Counted from the stretch's first letter, positions 49,841 through 60,370 are shown. The stretch: DNA of 64,000 nucleotides from Candidatus Dormiibacterota bacterium (GCA_963754015.1 CAVWEG010000009.1:46083-110082), one strand, 5' to 3'. Numbers and translations are program-made. Notes: generated by a model not told the origin, from the letters alone.

Positions 49841-51634
49841 TCAGGCCACCGGCTTGAGCTGCATGAGGATATACGGCATTTGCGGATCGGTCGGTGAAGG
49901 ATCCATGTACGGCTGCGACTGATCAGGCCAACCAACATACTTGGCGCTGCTGTACACGTTCCAGTCGGCTCCGTAGAGGAGCGGTGCCTCGGGAACGTCG
50001 GTCGACATCACCTTCTCGAGCTGCTGGACGGCTGGGTACAGCGTCGCGGTGTCGCTCGGATCCGTCCCCGCGTAGGTCGTCAGCGCCGCTTCGGCGGCGG
50101 GGTTCGAATAGCCTTCGAAGTGTGCCGCGCTGGTCGCGTCCGAGTTGTCAAGCCAGTCCTCGTACTGGGTATACGGGATCTGACCACCCTGACCCCAGTG
50201 GATCGCGGTCTGCCACGCCGTCGTGCTTCCGGTGAGGTTGGCGTTCCAGTCCGAGTACCCCTGCGCGGGCTTGGTCGTCACGTCCATACCAAGGGCCTGG
50301 AGCTCCTGCGAGATGAGTTGCGCGTCCTCCCAGTAGTCAGAGAACGGCACCGGGTCGTAGACCGAGAACTTGATGATCTGGCCGCCCTTGGTCCAGCAGT
50401 TTGCAACATTGCTGCCGTCGCAATTCCCACCCGACTTGTAGGTGCTGCTCCCGCTGTTGTAGCTGGACGTTGTGGGCGCTTTCCATCCCGCGGACGTGAG
50501 GATGTCGTAGACGTCGTCACCAGCCGGTAGGTTGTCCGTCTTGGCTGTCGCACCATCAGGGACGTTGCCGGTCGTCGAGAGGTCGTTGGTGAGACTGCCG
50601 TCCGATGGGAGGAATGCCTTCTGCGCAGGCAGGATCAGTCCACCCGAGGAGGTTGCCGGCTGCTCGTATCCCGACTCTCCCAGCAGGGCAAGTGCATTGC
50701 GATCGATGCCGTAGCTGACCGCTTTGCGCACGGCGGGATCGCTGATCCCAGTTGCGCCACCGTTGCCCGGGCTGAGATTGAACCGCAGTGCCACGGTGCT
50801 GCCCGATGCGAACCACGCGTGGTTGGTCTGTGGGTTGAGATTCACGAAGCTGGCGTAGATGTTCGGGATGTCGTTGCCCGCCCAGTCCAACTGATCGCTG
50901 ACCAGTGCATCACTCGCCGCCGCGTTCGTGGCGATGGATGGCACCTCGACCGCAGACTCCGGTGGCTTGCCGCCCCAATAATGTGGATTGGGCTTGAACT
51001 TGATCAGCGAGCTTGAGTAGCTGTCGAGCTGAAACGGTCCGGTCCCGATCGGATGCGTGATCTGCACCGTGGGGTTCGCGGCAATCTGGTTCGCCACGGA
51101 CGCCTGCATGATGTACGTCGTTCCGAGGATCGCCCAGAGGCCGGTGTACTGCGGCGTGCTGAAATGCAGCGTCACGTTGTTTCCCGACACCGTCGGCGCG
51201 GACGCCTGTGGAGCCACACCGGGAACGTCCGCCTTCGGGTTGTTCATCGCAACGAATGTCGCTGCAACGTCGTTGGGGCCGAACGCTGCACCGTTGCTGA
51301 ACTTCACGCCATTTCGCACGGTGATCTGCAGGTCCTTGCCGCCGTTCTGGAAGGCATACGCCGTCGCCAACCAGAAATGCGTTCCCGCAGATGTCGGATC
51401 GAGCTGATCGAATTCGACGAGCGGCTCGTAGATGATGCTTTTCATCCCGACGCTCGACGCGACCGAGTTGGGGTCATACGGGTTGAAGTCATCCGAGAAG
51501 GTGACTCCCGTGGTCGGCTCGTAGATGAGCGGCTTGCCCTGGGTCGTTGTGGGCCCTGTTGTAGTGGAGCCCGAGCAGGCCGCGACGAACAGGGTTGTCA
51601 TGCCGAGGACGGCGATGACAGGTCTCCGACTCAT
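49841..51634 (-). CDS. Family-5 ABC substrate-binding lipoprotein (oligosaccharide likely)
   Basis: VAAC lipobox, IYEPL, RNGVKFSNG, PIGTGPF and VRKAVSYGIDR; SD AAGGAGG. Confidence 0.9.
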   Translation of the reverse strand: MSRRPVIAVLGMTTLFVAACSGSTTTGPTTTQGKPLIYEPTTGVTFSDDFNPYDPNSVASSVGMKSIIYEPLVEFDQLDPTSAGTHFWLATAYAFQNGGKDLQITVRNGVKFSNGAAFGPNDVAATFVAMNNPKADVPGVAPQASAPTVSGNNVTLHFSTPQYTGLWAILGTTYIMQASVANQIAANPTVQITHPIGTGPFQLDSYSSSLIKFKPNPHYWGGKPPESAVEVPSIATNAAASDALVSDQLDWAGNDIPNIYASFVNLNPQTNHAWFASGSTVALRFNLSPGNGGATGISDPAVRKAVSYGIDRNALALLGESGYEQPATSSGGLILPAQKAFLPSDGSLTNDLSTTGNVPDGATAKTDNLPAGDDVYDILTSAGWKAPTTSSYNSGSSTYKSGGNCDGSNVANCWTKGGQIIKFSVYDPVPFSDYWEDAQLISQELQALGMDVTTKPAQGYSDWNANLTGSTTAWQTAIHWGQGGQIPYTQYEDWLDNSDATSAAHFEGYSNPAAEAALTTYAGTDPSDTATLYPAVQQLEKVMSTDVPEAPLLYGADWNVYSSAKYVGWPDQSQPYMDPSPTDPQMPYILMQLKPVA

Positions 51635-51722
51635 GTTGTGTCTCCTCCTTGTGCCGTGATCTCCGTTGAGCACTGCGTTGTGCAGTGCACTGCCGATTGG
51701 TGTTTGTGTGCGATGGATTTGC

Positions 51723-52811
51723 CTAGGGGGGTCTGCGAACATCCGCCTCCCCCTGCATGAGTGCCCCGCCGACGCTCGTGGCAACAGCCGCGGGCGGTTC
51801 CTTCCGCTCCCCGGAATCCACGTGCAGCCAGCACGCGGCGGCATGACCCGGCGACACCATGACGGTCGGTGGGGCCGTGACTTTGCAGATGGCCATCGCG
51901 TGCGGACAGCGAGGATGAAAGCGGCATCCAGGCGGCGGCGTCAGCAGGCTCGGCGGCGCGCCCCGTGCGGCGAGTGTCGGCCGTTCGAGCCGCTCCGGAT
52001 CGGGCGCTGCAGACAGCAATAGTTGCGTGTACGGATGCGCCGGGGAGTTGGTGAGGCTGACGCTCGGTGCGGCCTCGACGAGCTGGCCGGCATACATGAC
52101 CACGATGGTGTCGGCGAGGTACCGCGCAGAGGCGATGTCGTGGGTGACGTAGAGGATCGCGAGGCGCTCCGTGTCACGAAGTCCGGCGAGCAGGTTGAGC
52201 ACGCCGAGACGGATTGACACATCGAGCATCGACACCGGCTCGTCAGCCAGGAGCACGCGGGGGCGCACGGCGAGTGCTCGTGCGATCGCGACTCGTTGCC
52301 GTTGACCGCCCGAGAGCTCGTGCGGAAACTTGTCCGCGAATTTCGCAGGCGGGTCGAGCGCGACTCGGTGCAGCAGCTGCATCACCGCCTCGTCGAGGTC
52401 GCCGTCAAAGCTGTGGTGTATCTGCAGTGGCCGGACCAGATGATGCCGAACCTTGTGGACAGGGTTCAGCGACGCGAAGGGGTCCTGGAACACCATCTGC
52501 ACCTGCGCCGCGAACGCCCGCGTGCGCCCCGCGGTGACAGCATGGCCGTCGAGCAGGACCTCACCAGCGTCCGGTTTCACGATTCTGGCTAGCAGGCGAG
52601 CAACCGTCGTCTTGCCGGAGCCGCTCTCACCGACGACGGCAGTCACCGCGCCGGCCCTGAGCTGCACCGAGACGTCGTCCACGGCGTGCAGGCGGGATCG
52701 CCGCGCGAGCAGGCCGCTGCTGCGCTTCACCCAGAACGACTTGGTCAAGCCACGCCCTTCGAGCACGGGCGTCTCGAGTTCGCCATCTGGAACCACGGTG
52801 AGCGTGGTCAT
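51723..52811 (-). CDS. ABC ATPase, OppF/DppF type
   Basis: [28 protein letters not shown] and GCRFHPRC motifs. Confidence 0.92.
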   Translation of the reverse strand: MTTLTVVPDGELETPVLEGRGLTKSFWVKRSSGLLARRSRLHAVDDVSVQLRAGAVTAVVGESGSGKTTVARLLARIVKPDAGEVLLDGHAVTAGRTRAFAAQVQMVFQDPFASLNPVHKVRHHLVRPLQIHHSFDGDLDEAVMQLLHRVALDPPAKFADKFPHELSGGQRQRVAIARALAVRPRVLLADEPVSMLDVSIRLGVLNLLAGLRDTERLAILYVTHDIASARYLADTIVVMYAGQLVEAAPSVSLTNSPAHPYTQLLLSAAPDPERLERPTLAARGAPPSLLTPPPGCRFHPRCPHAMAICKVTAPPTVMVSPGHAAACWLHVDSGERKEPPAAVATSVGGALMQGEADVRRPP

Positions 52812-53959
52812 ACGGCACGCCCTTCGCTCGTATCGACGGCCGGCGCGATGCGTGGTCGCGCCATCTCGGAATCCGAAAGCGTCAGCTCCGCCGGAGCCGT
52901 GGCGTCGTCTTGGTGGAGCCAGCACGCGACTTCCCGATTCGAGCCCCGCAGCGGCTCGAGTTGCGGCACATCCTGGCGGCATCTCGGCATCGCCCACTTG
53001 CAGCGCGGGTGGAACGCACATCCGGGTGGGAGATCGCGCAGGTCCGGCGGTGAGCCCGGAATGCCCTCCATCCGGTAGCGGCCGCCGTGCATCGGCGGGA
53101 AGCAGTGGAGCAGGCCATACGTGTAGGGAAGACGCGGCGCGCGGAACAGCGAAGCAGCCGGCGCGCGCTCCATCAGCCGTCCCGCGTACATCACCGCGAT
53201 GTCGTCGGCAAACTCGACGAGGAGGGAGAGGTCGTGGGTGATGAAGAGCGCCGCGAAACCGAGCCGGTCGCGCAATGCCATCAACTCCTCGAGGATCTCG
53301 CGCTGAGTCACCACGTCGAGGGCGGTCGTCGGCTCGTCGAGGATCATCAACTGGGGATCGAGCGCAAGCGCCATCGCGATCATCGTTCGCTGACGCATGC
53401 CGCCCGACATCTCGTGCGGATAGCTGCGGAGCCGGTCCGGGCTCATCCCCACCAGCTCGAGCAATTCCGCGGCGCGATCCCGTCTCGCACCGCGGTCAAG
53501 ACCGCGACGGTGGGTGGCAAGGAGTTCGTCGAATTGAGCGCCGATCGTGCTGACCGGGTTGAGGGCGTTCAGCGCGCTCTGCAGGACGATCGCGATCTCC
53601 GACCAGCGGATGGCGCGGAGCTCTTCCTCGTTTGCTGCGAGCAGATCCATCGTCTGCGCCGTCCGGCTGCCGGACGTGGGCTTGGAATGGAACAGCACCT
53701 GCCCACCGGTGATCACGCCCGGCGAGCGGAGCAGGCGGATCGCGGCCATCGCGAGCGTCGACTTCCCGCTGCCGCTTTCTCCCGCGAGGCCCATGACGCG
53801 GCCGCGTCCGAGCGTGAGATTGCAATCTGCCACCGCATGCACTGCGTCGTCGCCGAAGCCGTAGTCGACACAGAGCCCGCGGATCTCGAGCACGGGATCC
53901 ACCTCCTCGTCGGGGACGGGTGCTGTGTTCGTCATGGCGTTCATGCCTGGGATGCTCAT
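52808..53959 (-). CDS. ABC ATPase, OppD/DppD type
   Basis: [16 protein letters not shown] and DEPTTALD motifs. Confidence 0.92.
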   Translation of the reverse strand: MSIPGMNAMTNTAPVPDEEVDPVLEIRGLCVDYGFGDDAVHAVADCNLTLGRGRVMGLAGESGSGKSTLAMAAIRLLRSPGVITGGQVLFHSKPTSGSRTAQTMDLLAANEEELRAIRWSEIAIVLQSALNALNPVSTIGAQFDELLATHRRGLDRGARRDRAAELLELVGMSPDRLRSYPHEMSGGMRQRTMIAMALALDPQLMILDEPTTALDVVTQREILEELMALRDRLGFAALFITHDLSLLVEFADDIAVMYAGRLMERAPAASLFRAPRLPYTYGLLHCFPPMHGGRYRMEGIPGSPPDLRDLPPGCAFHPRCKWAMPRCRQDVPQLEPLRGSNREVACWLHQDDATAPAELTLSDSEMARPRIAPAVDTSEGRAV

Positions 53960-55065
53960 GGCGTCCCCGGTTCGCGGCTTGTCACATCGACCTTGACCGC
54001 CGTGCGGCGCACCACCGGCGTGAGGCCGAGCTTCGGCCGGCGGCTGATCCCCAACGTGCGCGCCGTCTTCCGGGACAGTCCCTCGACGCGCAGCCGCGGA
54101 TTGATGAATTCGTCGATACCGAAGTTGAGGAGCGCGAGGCCGGTGCCGAGCAATGCGATGCACAGGCCTGGCGGCAACCACCACCACCACCAGCCGCCGC
54201 GTACGGCATTGCTCGCGAACGTTTCCCGGAGCATGTCGCCCCAGTTCCAGAGGCCTGGTGGCGACGACGTTGGTGACCCCGCCAGACCGAGGAACGCGAT
54301 GGCGATATAGGCGCCGATCGCGTACAGCGTCGTGAAGAGGAACGATGCGGCGACGATCGGGATGAGATTCGGGAGGATCTCCACGACGATGATGCGAAAC
54401 CGGCCCTCGCCCGAAACCCGCGCGGCCTCAACGAAATCCCGATTGCGCAGCGAGAGCGTCTGGGCTCGCAGCACGCGTGAGCTGTACGCCCACGCCGTGA
54501 TCGCGATGATGACGCTCACCAGGAAGATGCTCGTGCCCGCCGCCGGCACGTAGTCAGCCAGCACGATCAGCAGGGGGAGGCCGGGGATCGCGAGAAAGAC
54601 GTTGCCGAGCAACGAGAGACCCTCGTCGGCGCCGCCCCCAAGGTATCCGGCGGTGACACCGACGATGATCGAAAGCACCGTCGAGAGCGCAGCGGCGAGC
54701 AGTCCGACCGCGACGGTGGCCTGCGTCGAGACGAGCAGCTGCGACCAGACGTCCTGGGCAAAGACGGTGGTGCCCAGCCAGTGCGCGGGGGAGGGTGGCA
54801 GCGGCAACGGGTAGTAGTCCGCGGGGATATGTGTCCCGGGACCGGTGCCCGCGACCAGGATGTGCTGCACCCAGGTTTCGTTCGTGAGGTTCGGGGAGTA
54901 CGGAGCGATCCAGCCTCCGATGATCGCGATCACCCCGAACACCACGAGGATCACGAGCCCCGCGATCACCTTGGGAGAGCGCGGCAGGCGCAGCGCGCGG
55001 GACGTTCGCGCTGCCGGTCCGGCGGCCGGGATCGTCTCAGCGATGACGGGTGTGTTGATGGTCAT
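53956..55065 (-). CDS. ABC permease, OppC type
   Basis: HWLGT, FVEAARVSGE (EAA loop), WWWWWLPPG. Confidence 0.92.
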   Translation of the reverse strand: MTINTPVIAETIPAAGPAARTSRALRLPRSPKVIAGLVILVVFGVIAIIGGWIAPYSPNLTNETWVQHILVAGTGPGTHIPADYYPLPLPPSPAHWLGTTVFAQDVWSQLLVSTQATVAVGLLAAALSTVLSIIVGVTAGYLGGGADEGLSLLGNVFLAIPGLPLLIVLADYVPAAGTSIFLVSVIIAITAWAYSSRVLRAQTLSLRNRDFVEAARVSGEGRFRIIVVEILPNLIPIVAASFLFTTLYAIGAYIAIAFLGLAGSPTSSPPGLWNWGDMLRETFASNAVRGGWWWWWLPPGLCIALLGTGLALLNFGIDEFINPRLRVEGLSRKTARTLGISRRPKLGLTPVVRRTAVKVDVTSREPGTP

Positions 55066-55068
55066 CGG

Positions 55069-56061
55069 TCAGGCCTCCTGCCGAGCCCGGGGGTCGATCA
55101 GCACATAGACGATGTCGGCGAGCAGATTCGCGGCGAGGACGACGAGGGTGATCACGACGAAGATCCCCTGCACGAGCGTGTAGTCCAGTGCACCGAGCGC
55201 GCCATAGAGGTGATAGCCGATCCCGGGATAGTTGAAGACAATTTCGACCAAAATTTGTCCGGCGACCACGAGGCTGATCGCGACGGAGAAGTTCGACACA
55301 CAGGGCAGGAGCGCGTTCCGTGCCGCGTACCAGACCACCTTGCTGTTGCGCAGACCCTTGGCTCGAGCGACGAGGACGAAGTCTTCGTCCATCGTCGTGA
55401 TCATCTGATTGCGCATCGACAGGATGAATCCACCCATCGATGCAAGAATCACGGTCGCTGCTGGGAGAATGGCGTGCTCGATGATGCTCACGATGTACGG
55501 CAGGTTCATGCCCGGATTGACGCCGTAGATGTCGTACCCGTCCAGACTTGGGAACCAGTGCAGGATGCTTCCTGTCTGCCCGAAGATGAGCACCAGCACC
55601 AGCGCGAGAAAGAAGTACGGGATCGCCTGAAAAAACGTAGCAGCGGGCAGCAACCAGTCCGTCAACGCACCGCGGCGCCAGGCCATGATGACGCCGATCA
55701 ACGTGCCGGCAAGGAAGCTGAGGATGGTGGCAACACCCAGGAGCCCCAGCGTCCACGGGAGGTATGACACGATCAGGCTCGTCACCTGCGCGTTCTCGGA
55801 CCAGGAGAAGCCGAGGTTTCCGTGCACGAGGTTGCCGAGGTATTGCCCGTACTGCGCCAGGAGGCTGGTATGCACGTTGAATCCCAGCTGCTGCTCGATC
55901 GCCTTGATGCAGTACTGGTTGCAGATGCCTGACGACGTCGCTCGCGCGATCGCGCCGGCGACGGGATTACCGGGGACGACGCGCGGCAGCAGGAAGCTGA
56001 CCGTCACCGCAACCCACGCAGCGAGGAGGTAGACACCGAGCCGGCGAGCAAGTGCGCGCAT
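55069..56061 (-). CDS. ABC permease, OppB type
   Basis: PGNP, GNLGFS, ARAKGL, VEIVFNYPGIG and IDPR motifs. Confidence 0.92.
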   Translation of the reverse strand: MRALARRLGVYLLAAWVAVTVSFLLPRVVPGNPVAGAIARATSSGICNQYCIKAIEQQLGFNVHTSLLAQYGQYLGNLVHGNLGFSWSENAQVTSLIVSYLPWTLGLLGVATILSFLAGTLIGVIMAWRRGALTDWLLPAATFFQAIPYFFLALVLVLIFGQTGSILHWFPSLDGYDIYGVNPGMNLPYIVSIIEHAILPAATVILASMGGFILSMRNQMITTMDEDFVLVARAKGLRNSKVVWYAARNALLPCVSNFSVAISLVVAGQILVEIVFNYPGIGYHLYGALGALDYTLVQGIFVVITLVVLAANLLADIVYVLIDPRARQEA

Positions 56062-56063
56062 CG

Positions 56064-57176
56064 CTATGCCTCGACCGAGAGTGTGGCGTTCGGCGGCGCG
56101 GGAGCTGGAGCGCAACCGCAACTCTCGCGCAGCACGAGTTGCACCGGCAGGACGACGTTCGGCTCGCGGACAGTACCGCCGATCATCGTGTAGAGCACGT
56201 CGAATGCGGTGGCGCCCATTCGCTCGATCGGCTGACGCACGGTCGTGAGCGAGGGGTGGAGGTGGCGTGCGACCGGGACGTCGTCGAAGCCGGTGACCGC
56301 GACGTCGCCCGGGACGCTCACGCCCCTCCGCGCCAGCGCGTGGATCACGCCGAGTGCCGTCTGGTCGTTCGCGCAGACGATCGCGCGTGGCAGCTCGTCG
56401 CCGCGGTCGAGCAGCGCGGAAATGACCTGGGCGCCCCCGGAGGCGCTGTAGTTGCCCTGCCACGCCGGTCCGGTATGGGTCTCGGCGCCGGCGCGGGTGG
56501 TGGCGGCTTCGAAGACGCGTGCCCGTGCCCGGTTATCCGGACTGTCCGCGTATCCGGCGAGGTAGGCGAGACTTCGATACCCGTGATCCACGGTCAGGTG
56601 GTTGACGAGTGCGCGCATCCCTGCGTCGTTGTCGCATCCGACATTCACGGATGCCCGGGACGGCGTCCCGGCCAGAGTCACGATGGGCACGGCCGCCGCC
56701 AGCCGCGCGATGGCCGAGGCCGACAGCGAGCGGTCGTGCAGGATGATGCCGTCGGCTTTGCCGGCAACCCCTGTGATCCGTCCTGTCCGGTGGGGATCGT
56801 GGACGCCCACCGAGCTGATGAGGACGTCGAAGCCGCGATGCTGGGCGGCGAGCTCGATGCCGCGATTGATGCCGTCGATGAACAGCAGGCTCTCGTCCTC
56901 GTCTTCGAAGGTCGTCTCCGCGCCGCGCCGGAAGACGACCCCCACCACTTCCTTGAGGCCGTTCGACAGGGCACGGGCGGCGCCGTCGGGCACGAAGCTC
57001 AGCTCGCCGACCGCTCGCATCACCCGCTCACGGGTATCAGGGCGAGGCGTCCCCTGGCCGTTCAGGACTCGCGAGACGGAAGCGATCGACACGCCCGCCA
57101 GCCGGGCGACGTCATAGATCGTGAGTGTCCCCTTGGACCGCTTCGCCTCTGACATGCGGACCGTTGGCGCCTCCAA
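56064..57176 (-). CDS. LacI-family transcriptional regulator (start may be ATG 57155)
   Basis: TIYDVARLAGVSIASVSRVLN HTH; CANDQTA, VTGFDD and LTTVRQP motifs. Confidence 0.95.
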   Translation of the reverse strand: MEAPTVRMSEAKRSKGTLTIYDVARLAGVSIASVSRVLNGQGTPRPDTRERVMRAVGELSFVPDGAARALSNGLKEVVGVVFRRGAETTFEDEDESLLFIDGINRGIELAAQHRGFDVLISSVGVHDPHRTGRITGVAGKADGIILHDRSLSASAIARLAAAVPIVTLAGTPSRASVNVGCDNDAGMRALVNHLTVDHGYRSLAYLAGYADSPDNRARARVFEAATTRAGAETHTGPAWQGNYSASGGAQVISALLDRGDELPRAIVCANDQTALGVIHALARRGVSVPGDVAVTGFDDVPVARHLHPSLTTVRQPIERMGATAFDVLYTMIGGTVREPNVVLPVQLVLRESCGCAPAPAPPNATLSVEA

Positions 57177-57196
57177 TCCCTGGCTACCGACCGCTG

Positions 57197-57226
57197 CTGT
57201 AAGCGCTTACCGGTAAGCGCTTACAG
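57197..57226. promoter_or_regulatory. Double LacI-type operator (30-bp perfect palindrome)
   Basis: CTGTAAGCGCTTACCGGTAAGCGCTTACAG, i.e. two GTAAGCGCTTAC palindromes with the LacI-type AGCGCT centre. Confidence 0.85.
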
Positions 57227-57368
57227 GCTGGCCCGGGATGATAGCCCTAGGGGGTGCTCTTTGCAAGTGGTGAGCAAACAAAGGGTCAGACAGAGCGAAT
57301 GGTCGCGAGCCTGAGCACGTCGAATGAGTGAGCGTTTCCAGGCGATGCGGCCCGCGAAGGGCCACGGC

Positions 57369-58094
57369 TCATGCGTTCGAGAAAAGCGGAATGTTGGCGC
57401 CGCTGGCGACGGTGAGCGGACTGTCGAGCAAGGCGACGATCATCCTCGCAACGTCGTCGGGCCCAAGGCTTGCGCGGAGGGCCGGATTCGCCTCACGAAG
57501 CATCTCAGTGTCCACCGCGCCCGGGCTCACGGAGATGGCGGTGATGCCGAACGGTTTGCCTTCGACGGCGATTCCTTCGGTCAGTCCGATCACACCACCC
57601 TTCGACGCGTTGTACGCGGCAAGTCCAGGGAACTTCTCGACCGCGTAGACGCCAGACAGCGACGCGATGTTGACAATCCGGCCTTCGCCGGCGGTACGCA
57701 TCAGCGGAAACGCTGCGCGGCAACAGTTGAAGACGCCGGTGAGGTTGACGCTGATCGTGCGCTCCCATGACGCAAGACTGATGCCGTCGAACGGCTCGTT
57801 CTGCAATGTCGCGGCCGCGCACACGAGCGCAACGGGCGCCCCGACTTCGGACGCGACGCGGTACAGCCGAGCGACGTCGTCGGCTTTCGCAACGTCAGTC
57901 GGGACGGCCGTTGCCTCGCCACCGGCGTCGCGAATCGCCGCGGCCGTTGCCTCGAGGGCCACGCCACTCGTTGCGGCAACGACGGTGTGCGCACCTTCAC
58001 GAGCGATCGCAATCGCGGTGGCGCGACCGATGCCGCGACTCGCGCCGGTCACCACGGCCACGCGGCCGGCGAGCCAGTGCGTGCGATCAGGCAT
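57369..58094 (-). CDS. Classical short-chain dehydrogenase/reductase
   Basis: TGASRGIG, NIAS, YNASK and PGAVDT motifs; overlaps the GT4 stop. Confidence 0.9.
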   Translation of the reverse strand: MPDRTHWLAGRVAVVTGASRGIGRATAIAIAREGAHTVVAATSGVALEATAAAIRDAGGEATAVPTDVAKADDVARLYRVASEVGAPVALVCAAATLQNEPFDGISLASWERTISVNLTGVFNCCRAAFPLMRTAGEGRIVNIASLSGVYAVEKFPGLAAYNASKGGVIGLTEGIAVEGKPFGITAISVSPGAVDTEMLREANPALRASLGPDDVARMIVALLDSPLTVASGANIPLFSNA

Positions 58095-59178
58095 GAGACT
58101 TCGCGAGGGTGGGGGTGAGGATGCGTTGGTACGCACGCTCGTGGGCATCGAGCACCGCGTCGAGGTCGAGATCCGCTTCGGCGTGCGCGCGGCATCCGGC
58201 GCGGTCGAGCTCACCGGCGTGACCGAGTGCCGCGGCCGCAGCATCGACATCCCCCGGCTCGACGAGAAATCCGGTGACGCCATCGACGACGATGTCCTGG
58301 AGCCCACCGCGCCGATACGCGACCACCGGTGTGCCGCACGCCTGCGCCTCGGCAGCGACGAGCCCGAACGGTTCGTCCCAGTGGACGGGGCAGAGCACGG
58401 CGGCAGCGTTCACGAAAGCCTGCCAGAGCGTTGCCCTCGGCACCGCAGGATGAACGGTCACCCCGGGTTGCCCGTTCGCGGCATCCAACACTCGCTGGGC
58501 GTATGCGTCGTCGTACCCATCGCCGTACACGTCGATGGAGACACCTGCTCGCTGAGCGATGGCAATGGCATCGAGGGCACCTTTCTCCGGGCTGAACCGA
58601 CCGGCAAAGATGACGCCCGATCCCTGTGGCGCCGAAAGGCGGATCCGCCCCGTGGCGATCCCCGGCCGCAGGACCATGTCAACGTCAACGAATGGTCGCC
58701 ACGCGTCAGCCTGCGCCGGTGACACGGTGACAATGACCGGTGGGCGCTGTGCTTGACGTGCGAAGCGGAGTGCGTCGATGACGGAGCCCTCCGGCGGAAG
58801 GTGCAGCGTGTGGATCACCGGCGCCGCGATGTCTACTGCGCCTCGAATCGCCGGCGCATCGAATGCGTGGTTGTGCACGACGTCGTACGAACGCTTGCCG
58901 AGTGCGTCGAAGACGCGCGCATAAGCGGCTGTGAACGGCGCCGGGTCAATGTGCACGCGCGAACCGGCGCGATAGAGGAACCCGCGCAAGGTCGATGCGT
59001 CGACGCCGACGTCGATGACGTGCGCGCCATCAATCTCTGATTCGGATGCGGCAAACACGTCGACGTCGTGTCCGCGCCTCGCCAGTCCTGCTGCCAGGTC
59101 CGCGAGAAACGACTGGGCTCCGCCGCAGTTGGGCTCGCGAATCGGCGCGACGAGTGGCGCCACGAGTGCGAGCCTCAA
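58087..59178 (-). CDS. GT4 glycosyltransferase
   Basis: GGAQ, HTLH, GRFSPEKG and WDEPFGLVAAEAQACGTPV motifs. Confidence 0.9.
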   Translation of the reverse strand: MRLALVAPLVAPIREPNCGGAQSFLADLAAGLARRGHDVDVFAASESEIDGAHVIDVGVDASTLRGFLYRAGSRVHIDPAPFTAAYARVFDALGKRSYDVVHNHAFDAPAIRGAVDIAAPVIHTLHLPPEGSVIDALRFARQAQRPPVIVTVSPAQADAWRPFVDVDMVLRPGIATGRIRLSAPQGSGVIFAGRFSPEKGALDAIAIAQRAGVSIDVYGDGYDDAYAQRVLDAANGQPGVTVHPAVPRATLWQAFVNAAAVLCPVHWDEPFGLVAAEAQACGTPVVAYRRGGLQDIVVDGVTGFLVEPGDVDAAAAALGHAGELDRAGCRAHAEADLDLDAVLDAHERAYQRILTPTLAKSHA

Positions 59179-59966
59179 CGTGACATCACCTTGAATGCGA
59201 GGTCATTCGGAGGGTTCACACCGATCACCTCGTATGCGACTCGCGCTTCGCCTCGCCTGCGCACCACTTCGGCGGCGTGCGGATAGAAGATCTCGGCCAT
59301 CTCGATCGCCTCCTCGGCGTCCCGGAACTCCATGCACATCGGGCCGGGAAATCTGAGGTGCGTGTAGCCGTGCGCGTTCAGCCAGTCCAGGTGGTTGGGC
59401 CACACCACAACCATCACGCCTCCGGGTGCGCACACTCGCTCCATCTCGGCGAGGCCTGCGTCGCCTCCGTGCGCGGTACTTGGGTCCAGCGCTGAGCAGG
59501 TCACGACGAGTTCGGCGGATGCGTCCGCGACCGGGAGTGCGTCGAAGAATCCGTCGACGATGTCGACCCTGTTCGACGTCTCGGCGTTCACCGTGGCGCT
59601 CAGACGCTCGCGCATCGGCTGCGCGGGTTCGACGGCGACGAGGTGTGCACACCGTGTCGATAGATGGGTGGTGAGCCGTCCGGTTCCGGCGCCAATCTCC
59701 ACAGCCCGGTCGACACTGGGGAGCCAACCGAGCACTCCGGGATGGATGCGTTCGGCTGCGATGAGTCGAGCATAGAGGTCGGGTTCGAGCCGATAGAGCA
59801 ACTCGAATGCCAGCGACCGGTCGAGCGGCGGATCCGGCGTTCCGGAGGGGAGGAATCGCGTTCGCTCTGCCGGCGTGAAAACCCGGAGATCATCGACGCC
59901 GTAGCGCTGGGTCAACTCGATCGTCGGGCGCGCTGTCTCCACGGGCGTCAGTCGCCGCGGGTGCAT
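59175..59966 (-). CDS. Class I SAM-dependent methyltransferase (start may be GTG 59942)
   Basis: EIGAGTG, VAVEP and EMERVCAPGG motifs. Confidence 0.85.
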   Translation of the reverse strand: MHPRRLTPVETARPTIELTQRYGVDDLRVFTPAERTRFLPSGTPDPPLDRSLAFELLYRLEPDLYARLIAAERIHPGVLGWLPSVDRAVEIGAGTGRLTTHLSTRCAHLVAVEPAQPMRERLSATVNAETSNRVDIVDGFFDALPVADASAELVVTCSALDPSTAHGGDAGLAEMERVCAPGGVMVVVWPNHLDWLNAHGYTHLRFPGPMCMEFRDAEEAIEMAEIFYPHAAEVVRRRGEARVAYEVIGVNPPNDLAFKVMSR

Positions 59967-60370
59967 TCAGCCCAGTTCTTCTCCGTCTCTCGCAGCCGGA
60001 CCGTATGCAGCGTGCCGCGCGTGACGAGAGGCTCGAGTCGCTCGAAGAACGCCGCAGCGAGATTCTCGGCGGTCGGGATTCGGCCCTGGAGCCACGCAAC
60101 GTCCGTGTTGAGGTTGTGGTGATCGACGTGCTGAATGATTTCCGCCTTGATGACGTCGGCAAGCTGTTTCAGGTCGACGACGTAGCCGGTCGCCTCGTCC
60201 ATGTCGCCCGCGACGATGACCTCGAGCTGGTAGCGATGGCCGTGAAGATTCACGCACTTGCCGTAGAGGGCCCGGTTCTCCTCTTCGGACAGATGCGGAT
60301 CGCACAGCTGGTGTGCGGCATCGAACGATTCGCTCCGGCAGACGCGAAGGGTGGGACGAGCGGGACTCAT
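59948..60370 (-). CDS. 6-pyruvoyl-tetrahydropterin synthase / QueD family protein
   Basis: FDAAH, LSEEENRALYGKCVNLHGHRY, DHHNLN, PTAEN and ET motifs. Confidence 0.92.
   Translation of the reverse strand: MSPARPTLRVCRSESFDAAHQLCDPHLSEEENRALYGKCVNLHGHRYQLEVIVAGDMDEATGYVVDLKQLADVIKAEIIQHVDHHNLNTDVAWLQGRIPTAENLAAAFFERLEPLVTRGTLHTVRLRETEKNWAECTRGD

Noticed and set aside
52938-52948. TTCGAGCCCCG match to the tRNA-Gly T arm as a possible att site
   Set aside because: Only 11 bp, inside an intact ABC ATPase gene, and it does not extend to the acceptor end
59948-60370. Assigning the symbol queD (queuosine synthesis)
   Set aside because: No que genes nearby and several sequence features are closer to BH4-type PTPS; left at family level
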